Source: Acaryochloris marina MBIC11017 (GTDB lineage: Bacteria; Cyanobacteriota; Cyanobacteriia; Thermosynechococcales; Thermosynechococcaceae). Taken from it: a stretch of DNA of 32,000 nt. The translations under genes and the position numbers were made by a program. The stretch covers positions 90,001 to 122,000 of the forward strand of contig NC_009925.1 in the NCBI RefSeq assembly GCF_000018105.1, written 5' to 3'. Position 1 is the stretch's first letter. Each line of letters begins with the position of its first letter. This document shows positions 23,001 through 30,125 of this stretch, piece after piece. The notes under the pieces are model-generated. The model ran no database searches and was not told where the DNA came from. It worked only from the letters and a program-made list of their open reading frames with translations.

Positions 23001-25273
23001 ATACTACGGGCAATCGGATGATTACCTTAGGTGATCCAACGAATACGGCTGGAGATACTCCTAGTTCGATTGCTGGAGTAAATGTTGGGGTGCAGTTGAA
23101 TAATGCCAATGCCAACTTTATCTTTGGGGATGGGGAGTTGACGGTGGATGCTCCCAGTACGATTGCAGCGACGACTCCCATTGATGCTAGTGCGGTGGGG
23201 GCAAATGGTACCTATAACTTCTTGGATGTGCTGTTCTTAAATCAAACGCCAGGAACTGGGTTGGGCGATTTATTCTATGTGGACAATATCCCTGGAGGAG
23301 CAGGAACACGAACAGATCCGGCCGATATCCCTCTGGGTGAAACGATTACGAATCCCAATGACATCATTATCCTGGTGGACAATACAGGGATGGATCTTTT
23401 GGATGCGATAGGGACGAATGGAAATGATACGTTCCAATTACAGGATGGCCAAAGTGTGGGGAGTTTCCTTAATGGTACGGTCAATCTCCGCACGAGAGGA
23501 CCATCCAATGTCTTGGCGAATGTGACGGTGACGGACCCCACAGGGAATGGTGCACCGACTTCAACGACGACAGGGATGAGTTCTGCAACACTGACCTTAG
23601 CCAACAACAATCAGATTATCGGAGTCGATATCTCGGCAATGGGAACCAATGGGATTGAAGCATTGGGGGTTAACAATGCCACCATTAATCGCAATCGAAT
23701 TACGAATGCGGATAATGGAATTCGTTTGCAGAATCTGACGGGTGCGGTGGAGATTATGGATAATACGATCTCCCAAACGACGGATGATGGGATTGACCTA
23801 GGCCAGAACAACACCAATCTCGACAGTGTGTTGATTTCGGGTAATACGGTTAGCAATGTGGGTGAAGATGGGATTGATGTCGATGTTTACAACAATGGTC
23901 TAATCAACTCAGTAACCATCTCGAATAATACGGTAAGCGAGGTTAATACTTCAGAATCAAGCGGTATTGCGCTCAATGTCTACACCAACGGCCAAGTCGA
24001 CACAGTTACAATTTCGGGGAATACCGTGTCAACGGATTCACTATCTACACCTGGCATTTTCATTTTGTCTGCTGACAATAGCACCCTTAATACCGCCAAC
24101 ATCACGGGTAACACCGTGATGATGTCGCGCGAAGACACCTATGGCATTTATGTTTTATCGACTGATAATAGTGCGATTAATACAGCCAATATTACTAGCA
24201 ATCGGGTGTCATTATTAGATGAAGATCTCGTCGGTATTTTAGCTTTAGTAAATAACAACAGCACAATTACAACAGCTACTATTTCTGACAATACCCTCTC
24301 TAAAACCGGGGATGGTAACACCGGCATTGATGTTGGTCTTATTAACAGCACACTGACAACTGCTAATATTTCTGGCAACACTTTTATCACGACCGACAGT
24401 GATAATACCGGCATTGAAGTTGATCTTATTAACAGCACACTGTCAACTGCCAATATTTCTGGCAACACTTTTAATACGACCGTGAACGATGTGCGAGGCA
24501 TTGATATTGATATCTATAACAGCACACTAACGACTGCCAATATTTCAGCCAATACCCTATCCCTCACGGGTGGTGATTCAAGTGGTGTTAATCTCCAGCT
24601 TTTTAACGGTAGCGTTATCAACACAGCCACCATTAGCGACAATAGCATCACAACGACAGATGAAAGCATCTCTATCGAATTAGATAACAGTACGGTCACT
24701 ACAGCTAACATTACGGGCAATAATGTAACAACTTCTGCTAACAATGCTGATGGTATTTTTGTAAGCTCCTTCTACTACAGCACTATTAATACAGCCAACA
24801 TTACGGGCAATAATGTAACAACTTCTGGAACTAACGCTGATGGGATTTTCGTTGAGTCTTACTACTACAGCACTATTAATACCGCCAATATTACGGGCAA
24901 TAATGTAACAACTTCTGGAACTAACGCTGATGGCATTGTTGTCATCGCTGAAGATGACTATGACAGTCGAATTAACACCGCTAACATCTCCAATAATGTC
25001 ATTCTCCAAGCGGGTCGAGATAGCGTGCGGATAAGTAATAGTGACATTAATCCTATCTGTACATCCATTTCAGGCAACCGTAGTGATAGTCCTGGCTTTG
25101 CGATGGCCGGTGGAACAGACTTTAACCTAATCTCTGAAGGAAACACTTTCCAGGTTGTAAATTTAGCGACGGTCAGTGCCGACAATAACAATGCCGTCTT
25201 TAGCTTTGACGGCACCTTGGTTCCACCCGGTACTCCCCCTGCGCCCTTTACGAATGTGGCCAGTTGTCCCTAG
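20042..25273 (+). CDS. giant inverse autotransporter (type Ve, intimin/invasin-type beta-barrel) with a parallel beta-helix repeat passenger; putative adhesin
   Basis: A signal-like N-terminus and a Pro-rich linker occupy aa ~40-175. The barrel region (nt ~20560-21360) has LGLAYRR, GTYAFYD, YHQGSLGAEL, RVNGYLPGSNS and ERALAGFDFEVGH...GGYFFFD, which parallel the intimin/invasin beta-domain blocks (GxGYR, NAFYD, HxRxGLGAE, NGYxPxS). The ~1300-aa passenger contains repeats such as NNTIDGLAF, TNVDISNAGGDGL and TANITGNNVTTS. Confidence 0.85.
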   Translation: MARRRILDPRLFPNWGQALTLSVLMAGLSPLSTIAKPTTLISPLGQPTPSKTERIEPEPISVQITPIGDLDLALKLPPIPTTTRSSLQNDPAHPPLTPQEKPSESHSIPEPSITDLPNPPLTLAEAGWVPNSQTVPVSSIPVTPPTAQASPIAPPQASSDAPSQTPEDPEPSASLDIPYFVDAEFRGSTRRQFGVLNLRLPVFQDEKSFAFADVHFEAGSNETFLGNLGLAYRRVLNTAEENPWVLGTYAFYDTTRSENGFQYHQGSLGAELISKKFEFRVNGYLPGSNSKVVGQRTVNGVLSLQPRANGLGADVVQQTLTLETRERALAGFDFEVGHRHHFNDKVSLGLFGGYFFFDSSATNSIDGPMARAQLEVQDPLGMNGGLLQVGSRFRFDETRGSELEGFVRLGIPFGGPQRSEPLSLTQRLARRPIERHYEITTFAQDINLPITLTELQAALTGQGTLSPMGPQITAVTPPQVALNPATGQPINIFFVDGDGTAGDGTQDNPLTVAQATSAITQANDILFFLDDAGTINTQTGLGNSLTLKPGQQALGVGTTPNFVLTVPNLGSVTIFDAGQPQLVNGANNNVLTLANNNTIDGLAFNGQNTAPRGIAAVTGATNTTIRNSSLSNFTVAGIQITPSTNTTIDNVVFNNNATDVIVNAANTTLTNVVSTNATGPAIQILNATGTTTLTNVDISNAGGDGLQFANPSGTITATNVDITNAGDNGLEITDGDGTFTFDVASSITNATNAAVNVVGGTTTITYNGTITQNNPASAVNITDKTGGTTTFNGLVTANTSTAPGVNLTNNTGSTIAFNGGLDIDTTTGTGFSATNGGTVNVTATSGDESVTTTSGAALNLSNIVANITFDSVSSTGGTNGINLDTVTGSVGVSGTTTIANTTGDGFLATNSTGTYTFGPVTITNAGLDGVDLSGINDATTVFNLGALTINGFTGTGINLAGANVGVTAPTVAITNTGNVGTGIDLTNTTGNRMITLGDPTNTAGDTPSSIAGVNVGVQLNNANANFIFGDGELTVDAPSTIAATTPIDASAVGANGTYNFLDVLFLNQTPGTGLGDLFYVDNIPGGAGTRTDPADIPLGETITNPNDIIILVDNTGMDLLDAIGTNGNDTFQLQDGQSVGSFLNGTVNLRTRGPSNVLANVTVTDPTGNGAPTSTTTGMSSATLTLANNNQIIGVDISAMGTNGIEALGVNNATINRNRITNADNGIRLQNLTGAVEIMDNTISQTTDDGIDLGQNNTNLDSVLISGNTVSNVGEDGIDVDVYNNGLINSVTISNNTVSEVNTSESSGIALNVYTNGQVDTVTISGNTVSTDSLSTPGIFILSADNSTLNTANITGNTVMMSREDTYGIYVLSTDNSAINTANITSNRVSLLDEDLVGILALVNNNSTITTATISDNTLSKTGDGNTGIDVGLINSTLTTANISGNTFITTDSDNTGIEVDLINSTLSTANISGNTFNTTVNDVRGIDIDIYNSTLTTANISANTLSLTGGDSSGVNLQLFNGSVINTATISDNSITTTDESISIELDNSTVTTANITGNNVTTSANNADGIFVSSFYYSTINTANITGNNVTTSGTNADGIFVESYYYSTINTANITGNNVTTSGTNADGIVVIAEDDYDSRINTANISNNVILQAGRDSVRISNSDINPICTSISGNRSDSPGFAMAGGTDFNLISEGNTFQVVNLATVSADNNNAVFSFDGTLVPPGTPPAPFTNVASCP
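24341..24700 (+). repeat. in-frame 87-bp-period tandem repeats inside the passenger (29-aa units ..NSTLxTANISGNTF..)
   Basis: Units start at 24341 and 24428. Their first ~55 nt are nearly identical (attaacagcacactg[a/t]caactgc[t/c]aatatttctggcaacactttta). Later units are progressively diverged. Confidence 0.8.
24701..24970 (+). repeat. three in-frame 90-bp tandem repeats (30-aa units TANITGNNVTTSxxNADGIFVxSxYYSTIN)
   Basis: Units are 24701-24790, 24791-24880 and 24881-24970. Each contains the identical 29-nt core attacgggcaataatgtaacaacttctg; the 43 nt that follow the three-base repeat start in units 2 and 3, ccaa[c/t]attacgggcaataatgtaacaacttctggaactaacgctgatgg, differ at a single base. Confidence 0.9.
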
Positions 25274-25300
25274 GATGAGAAGCTGCTGCTTCGAGAAAGA

Positions 25301-26395
25301 ATGACCTCACCTGATGCTGCAACCGATCCCAATGACGCCCCCTTAAGGAGCGTCTACACCTCTAATTTGACTCAGCTTTTAAGCCAGAATCGGTTCTCGT
25401 TAGTAGTATCCACCTATCAAGCGGGAAAAGTTATCCTAGTCCGGGCCGACGGTGACCAACTCAATACTCACTTTCGTCACTTTCGACGCCCGATGGGTTT
25501 AGCAGCTAATGCGACTCGCATGGCCATTGGCGAAGCCTACCAACTCACCGAACTCTACAATATGCCTGTGATTGGGGCTCAACTCGAACCCGTTGGCAAA
25601 CATGATGCCTACTATATTCCCCGCAATGTCCACACCACAGGCGATATCGATATTCATGAAATGGCCTGGGCAAAAGAAGAATTGTGGGTCGTCAATACCC
25701 GGTTTTCTTGCCTTTGTACCTTAGAAAATGCCTATAGCTTTGTCCCCCGCTGGCGTCCCCCCTTTATTACTGGGTTAGCCGCAGAAGATCGCTGTCATTT
25801 AAATGGTTTAGCGGTGGTGGATCATCAGCCCAAATATGTGACGGCATTGGGAACCACTAATACCGCCCACGGCTGGCGACCAGACAAAGCCTCGGGTGGC
25901 ATCCTGATGGACGTCACCACAAATAAGGTACTTTGCCAAGGACTATCGATGCCCCACTCGCCCCGTTGGCATGCAGATCAGCTCTGGGTCCTGGAGTCTG
26001 GGAACGGAGCTATAGCAACGGTCGATTTAAAGACCGGACAGCTAACCACAGTCGCTGAACTCCCTGGGTTTACTCGTGGCCTAGACTTTTATGGTCCTTT
26101 AGCCTTTGTGGGCCTATCTCAGGTGCGAGAGTCGGCAGTCTTTAGTGGTATTCCTCTGACCAGTAGACTCAAGGAACGCACCTGCGGGGTTTGGGTCATT
26201 CATATTCATACGGGAGAAGTTGTGGGCTTCTTACGGTTTGAAGATGCAGTCCAAGAGATCTTTTCAGTGGCAGTATTACCGCAGATTTCCTTCCCAGAGA
26301 TATTAGAAGGGGATGAAAAAAATTTGGCGAGTTCCTATGCCTTACCCGATCAAGTACTAGCAGAAGTTGAATCTTCCACTAGCGAAGTTCAATAA
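25301..26395 (+). CDS. TIGR03032-family conserved protein of unknown function (no signal peptide)
   Basis: Conserved blocks I associate with this family: FSLVVSTYQAGKVILVR, FRRPMGLA, TGDIDIHEMAW, LWVVNTRFSCLCTL, EDRCHLNGLAV, GLSMPHSPRWH..LWVLESGNG, PGFTRGLDF and FVGLSQVRESAVFSGIPL. It starts 27 nt after the autotransporter stop. Confidence 0.75.
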   Translation: MTSPDAATDPNDAPLRSVYTSNLTQLLSQNRFSLVVSTYQAGKVILVRADGDQLNTHFRHFRRPMGLAANATRMAIGEAYQLTELYNMPVIGAQLEPVGKHDAYYIPRNVHTTGDIDIHEMAWAKEELWVVNTRFSCLCTLENAYSFVPRWRPPFITGLAAEDRCHLNGLAVVDHQPKYVTALGTTNTAHGWRPDKASGGILMDVTTNKVLCQGLSMPHSPRWHADQLWVLESGNGAIATVDLKTGQLTTVAELPGFTRGLDFYGPLAFVGLSQVRESAVFSGIPLTSRLKERTCGVWVIHIHTGEVVGFLRFEDAVQEIFSVAVLPQISFPEILEGDEKNLASSYALPDQVLAEVESSTSEVQ

Positions 26396-26436
26396 AATAG
26401 CAAAAGTGACCAAAATTAGCTATGAGTAAAGGTTTC

Positions 26437-26952
26437 TCATCCCTCTGGGACTCGGATATCTATCACGCTGGGTTTGAAATTGTACAGTCCGCCATCTAGT
26501 TCCACAGGTAGACCAACCTTGATTAAGGTACCGCCAAAGACAGGACCATTACTCGTCATTTGGCCCTTCCCTTCCAAGGTGACAATCATATTGACTGAGA
26601 ATTTCTCTTCTTCCCGAGGATCAGCAACGGCTTTGACAGATCCATCCGCTTGAGGAGCCAACGTGGTTCTGGGCAGAAATTCTACTTCCTTAATCTTGAC
26701 CTCACCAATCGGCTGATTACGGATTTTAAAACTCGCCTTCTCTCCCGCCTTGATCATCTTTTTGGGATTTCGAGTTTTCAATCCTAAAACCAACAAATCA
26801 ACCTCAACATTGGCATCGGAATTGGCCAAGGTGCCAGACGGTCCTGGGAATAAGAATATCCCCCCCAAAACAGACAAAATGATTAAGACAGCCCCAGCAT
26901 CTAAGAGGTTGACCTTACCGAATAAGCGTCCCTTGGAATCCAATACAGCCAT
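26437..26952 (-). CDS. DUF4330-like membrane-anchored protein conserved in cyanobacteria
   Basis: The N-terminus MAVLDSKGRLFGKVNLLDAGAVLIILSVLGGIFLFPG is as I recall for DUF4330 proteins. It has a single N-terminal TM helix. Confidence 0.6.
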   Translation of the reverse strand: MAVLDSKGRLFGKVNLLDAGAVLIILSVLGGIFLFPGPSGTLANSDANVEVDLLVLGLKTRNPKKMIKAGEKASFKIRNQPIGEVKIKEVEFLPRTTLAPQADGSVKAVADPREEEKFSVNMIVTLEGKGQMTSNGPVFGGTLIKVGLPVELDGGLYNFKPSVIDIRVPEG

Positions 26953-27346
26953 TTGCAAATAAGTCCTAGACGTCTACAGGTGAAACTAAAGAGCGGTATA
27001 TAAACCCACATAATTTTTGATGCTGACAGACTATCACGTCTTTTGGACTTGTAAGCTGAGAAGTTGATCCTTGAGAAAGCTTCGGTCAACAAAATTACCC
27101 AACTAAACCCAGTCTTTACATATCTTGATTGAGAATTCTATAGATAAATCGCTACTAAAGAAAAAGCAGACAGTCTTTTATGGAGAAAGGGTATGATCGG
27201 CGTAGGAAATATGATTTTTTGTTCTTTACTCTTTCCATTTTCGGAGAGAATTAGCCAAACAGGTCATTTAGGTCCAAAATGTGACTAGATCAGTTTGTTT
27301 GAACGGCATTACCCAGGATGTCAATACCAGAGGTGGGGGTTAGTTG

Positions 27347-27559
27347 ATGAATGTTACACACAGCGAAAACAAAAATGTTTCAGGGTTCACCGAAGAGGAT
27401 GTAGCGCTTCTTGCCAAGCGGTTAGAAGAAGATGACTACGAAACCCCCTTTGCTGCTTTGGAAGATTGGCATTTGCTCCGATCGATTGCCTTCCAACGTC
27501 CAGAACTAACTGAATCTTATCTATACCTATTAGATCTAGAAGCATTCGACGAATCCTAA
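27347..27559 (+). CDS. small conserved cyanobacterial protein (DUF2555-like)
   Basis: 70-aa ORF. The acidic sequence EEDVALLAKRLEEDDYETPFAALEDWHLLRSIAFQRPELTESYLYLLDLEAFDE resembles a family commonly found in cyanobacteria. The ATG is at 27347, one codon after the track TTG. Confidence 0.5.
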   Translation: MNVTHSENKNVSGFTEEDVALLAKRLEEDDYETPFAALEDWHLLRSIAFQRPELTESYLYLLDLEAFDES

Positions 27560-27592
27560 TCTCCATCGTACGTGTGAGTTTATAGCGACCTT

Positions 27593-28798
27593 GTGTCTTC
27601 CCGCATCCTAATTGGTATCGGTGGCGGTATCGCTGCCTACAAAGTCTGTGAAGTCATCTCAGCATTGGTGAAATCTGGTGCAAAAGTGAGGGCAATCCTC
27701 ACTTCTGCCGCCCAAGAGTTCATTACGCCCTTAACCATCACCACCCTCTGCCGACAGCCAGCCTATGAGGACACCAGTCTTTGGCAGCCCCACCATACTC
27801 GCCCATTACATATTGAGTTGGGAGAATGGGCTGACTTATTGGTCCTAGCCCCTTTAACCGCAAATACCTTAGCCAAACTAAACGCGGGATTGGCTGACAA
27901 TCTATTGACCAATACTGTTTTGGCTTCAACTGCTCCTATCCTCGTTACCCCTGCAATGAATACCACCATGTGGCAACAGGCAGTTGTTCAACGTAATTGG
28001 CATCAACTACTTGAAGATCAGCGGTATCATGCGTTAGGCCCTGGGTCTGGCATGCTAGCCTGTGACACCGTGGGAGAAGGGCGGATGGCAGAACCTGCCG
28101 ATCTCTTGACCTACATCAATTCCCTGTTAGTGACCAAGGGCGAACGGGACCTTAAGGGCAAACGGCTTCTGATCAGTGCTGGCGGAACTCGTGAGCACCT
28201 CGATCCAGTCCGGTTTATTGGCAATCCATCATCAGGGAAAATGGGACTGGCTTTGGCTTTGGCAGCTTGGTATAGAGGGGCAGACGTTCAGTTGGTGCAT
28301 GGTCCCTTAGCATCCCCATTGCCAACAACGCCCCAATTAGAAACGGTTGCCGTGACCAGTTCGGCAGAAATGCGTGCTGCAATGTTAGCCGCATATCCTC
28401 AAGCTGATTGGACCATTATGGCTGCGGCCGTTGGCGACGTGCAGCCAGCCCACTATTTTCCTGAGAAGCTACCGAAAAAATCCCTACCTTCGGATCTGCT
28501 CCTCAAACCTATTCCCGATATCCTGGCAGAACTTGGTCAACAAAAACAGTCCCATCAGAAACTGATTGGTTTTGCTGCTCAAACGGGAGATATCATCGCT
28601 CCTGCACAAGAGAAGCTAGAACGAAAAAGGTTAGATGCTATCGTTGCCAACCCCATTGATCAACCCCAAAGTGGATTTGGTTCTGAGCATAATCAAGCTG
28701 TATTTCTAGATTCGGCAGGGCATCAGGTGGCTATTCCCATATGCAGCAAATTACTGATGGCGCATCAAGTCCTGAATCTCATTAATGGATTAGCCTAA
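27593..28798 (+). CDS. coaBC: bifunctional phosphopantothenoylcysteine decarboxylase / phosphopantothenate-cysteine ligase
   Basis: GTG start. The N-terminal flavoprotein domain has [44 protein letters not shown] and PAMNTTMW. The CoaB domain has [30 protein letters not shown] and ...IGFAAQTGD...[13 protein letters not shown]. Confidence 0.9.
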   Translation: MSSRILIGIGGGIAAYKVCEVISALVKSGAKVRAILTSAAQEFITPLTITTLCRQPAYEDTSLWQPHHTRPLHIELGEWADLLVLAPLTANTLAKLNAGLADNLLTNTVLASTAPILVTPAMNTTMWQQAVVQRNWHQLLEDQRYHALGPGSGMLACDTVGEGRMAEPADLLTYINSLLVTKGERDLKGKRLLISAGGTREHLDPVRFIGNPSSGKMGLALALAAWYRGADVQLVHGPLASPLPTTPQLETVAVTSSAEMRAAMLAAYPQADWTIMAAAVGDVQPAHYFPEKLPKKSLPSDLLLKPIPDILAELGQQKQSHQKLIGFAAQTGDIIAPAQEKLERKRLDAIVANPIDQPQSGFGSEHNQAVFLDSAGHQVAIPICSKLLMAHQVLNLINGLA

Positions 28799-28930
28799 AC
28801 GCAGACATATCCATTCCCTAATCCTCGCGCGAGGTCTCCACTAGAAATGACGTGTTTAACTCAATCTTCCTTACATGAAGTGCTTAAAGGCAAAACTGCT
28901 TTTTTTTCGGAGGCGTCGTTAGCAAAAGTA

Positions 28931-28961
28931 AACCCCAGAAAGGATAAAACCATCTGGGGTT
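28931..28961. terminator. 9-bp-stem hairpin between coaBC and tRNA-Arg (possible terminator, strand unclear)
   Basis: AACCCCAGA (28931-28939) pairs with TCTGGGGTT (28953-28961) across a 13-nt loop. There is only a modest T-run afterwards (..aatttt). Confidence 0.3.
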
Positions 28962-28982
28962 ACTGGTAATTTTGAGATTAAA

Positions 28983-29056
28983 CGGGCTAGGAGGGATTCG
29001 AACCCCCGACACCGTGGTCCGTAGCCACGTGCTCTAGTCCACTGAGCTACAAGCCC
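28983..29056 (-). tRNA. tRNA-Arg (anticodon ACG), CCA not encoded
   Basis: I folded the 74-nt cloverleaf by hand: GGGCTTG-TA-GCTC-AGTGGACTA-GAGC-A-CGTGG-CTACGGA-CCACG-GTGTC-GGGGG-TTCGAAT-CCCTC-CTAGCCC-G. It has one T:T mismatch at acceptor pair 6:67. Confidence 0.92.
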
Positions 29057-29141
29057 CTAAGGGATTATCATCTTACCACAGCCTAACATTATAGCAAGAA
29101 CAACTTGTGAAAGCTGTCCACATCAGGAGTTCCTCATCATC

Positions 29142-29639
29142 ATGACGAATCAAAATCCAGCCCTGACTCACCTTGATCACCAGGGGGAAGCCCAAATGGT
29201 GGATGTTTCAGAAAAGGTTGCAACGGTAAGGATGGCAACTGCCACGGGCCAGGTAAAGATGACCGGCAAAACCTTCGAAGCCATTCAAGCAGGGAATGCC
29301 CCTAAAGGGGACGTTCTGGGGACTGCTCGACTCGCCGGAATCATGGCAGCAAAGCAAACCTCACAACTGATTCCCCTCTGTCATCCTCTGCCGCTGAGTA
29401 AGGTTGAGGTTTCAATTCAGCCTCATCCAGACTTGCCCGGATATGAAATTCAAGTCCAGGTAAAAACGAAGGCTGAAACGGGTGTGGAGATGGAGGCTCT
29501 CACAGCCGTTTCCATTGCGGCTTTAACGCTTTATGACATGGCTAAAGCTCTGGATAAATCCATGCAGATCGTCAATGTCCATTTGCTGGAAAAGATTGGG
29601 GGGAAGTCTGGGCACTGGCGAGTAGGTTCTACCGATTAG
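29142..29639 (+). CDS. moaC: cyclic pyranopterin monophosphate synthase
   Basis: [81 protein letters not shown] and EKIGGKSG are classical MoaC blocks. Confidence 0.92.
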   Translation: MTNQNPALTHLDHQGEAQMVDVSEKVATVRMATATGQVKMTGKTFEAIQAGNAPKGDVLGTARLAGIMAAKQTSQLIPLCHPLPLSKVEVSIQPHPDLPGYEIQVQVKTKAETGVEMEALTAVSIAALTLYDMAKALDKSMQIVNVHLLEKIGGKSGHWRVGSTD

Positions 29640-29780
29640 CAATGGTGGGTTGCGATCGCATTCCACCCGATCGGTTAAAACCCCAATTAGTCCTCTCATG
29701 CAAAGTTCATCTCCACTTCAGGAGCCTTTCTGTTAGGGCAGACATAGTACCTATAGACGAGAAGCTATTAGGAGTACACT

Positions 29781-30050
29781 ATGTCAGCCCTCAATGTCTT
29801 AGTCACGTTGTATCGTTGGACAGAAAGATGGGATTCCATTGAAGTCGATATTCCGAGTAGAGACCATCCCTGCCGTGAAGATACAACTTCGGGAACTATC
29901 GTTACTGGGCTAGTGAGTGTTCCAGTGGAGTTAGAAATCCGAGAATGGATGACGGAATGGTGGCAGCCTTAGCTCAGACTCCTGAGCCGGTCCAAATGCA
30001 AGAGCAGCCCCATCGTTTATGAATTACAAAAAGGCAGGATCTCATCAAAC
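29781..30050 (+). pseudogene. decayed tandem duplicate of the N-terminal domain of the downstream glutaredoxin gene
   Basis: It shares acactATGTCAG at the start. MSALNVLVTLYRWTERWDSIEVDIPSRDHPC...VPVELEIREWMTEWWQP* compares with MSGHEVNITLYRWAGAWGPFKVKIPCGEC...IPVILEIREWLTEWWKPLL. The CGEC motif is lost. A TAG at 29970-29972 sits where the paralog has TTA. Weak similarity (..PIV....G.IS) continues after the stop. Confidence 0.5.
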
Positions 30051-30125
30051 ATTAAGCCTGGCTTCAGTGCATTTTTCTTTGGAGTAGCCATAGTGGGGAT
30101 GTGAAGTTAATAGCGAGCACACACT

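Noticed and set aside
24341-24970. Regularly spaced near-identical repeats that could superficially suggest a CRISPR array.
   Set aside because: The units are contiguous with no unique spacers. Their 87/90-bp periods are multiples of three, and they translate in frame into the beta-helix repeat of the adhesin.
20555-25215. Many long ORFs antisense to, or out of frame with, the giant gene (e.g. 20555-20956, 21601-21942, 22354-22770, 22783-23181, 23275-23610, 24148-24501, 24680-25009).
   Set aside because: They lie entirely inside a gene with strong family motifs. The repetitive ACC/GGT/AAT-rich codon usage of the passenger simply avoids stop codons in other frames. Their translations are low-complexity V/P/L-rich with no motifs.
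29057-29141. Possible molybdenum-cofactor riboswitch upstream of moaC.
   Set aside because: Only 85 nt separate the tRNA from the moaC start. I see no extended conserved helices of the kind expected for the Moco RNA motif.
29642-29842. 66-aa ORF directly after moaC.
   Set aside because: It starts on the HIP1 site, overlaps the start of the duplicated glutaredoxin-domain remnant in another frame, and has no recognisable features.
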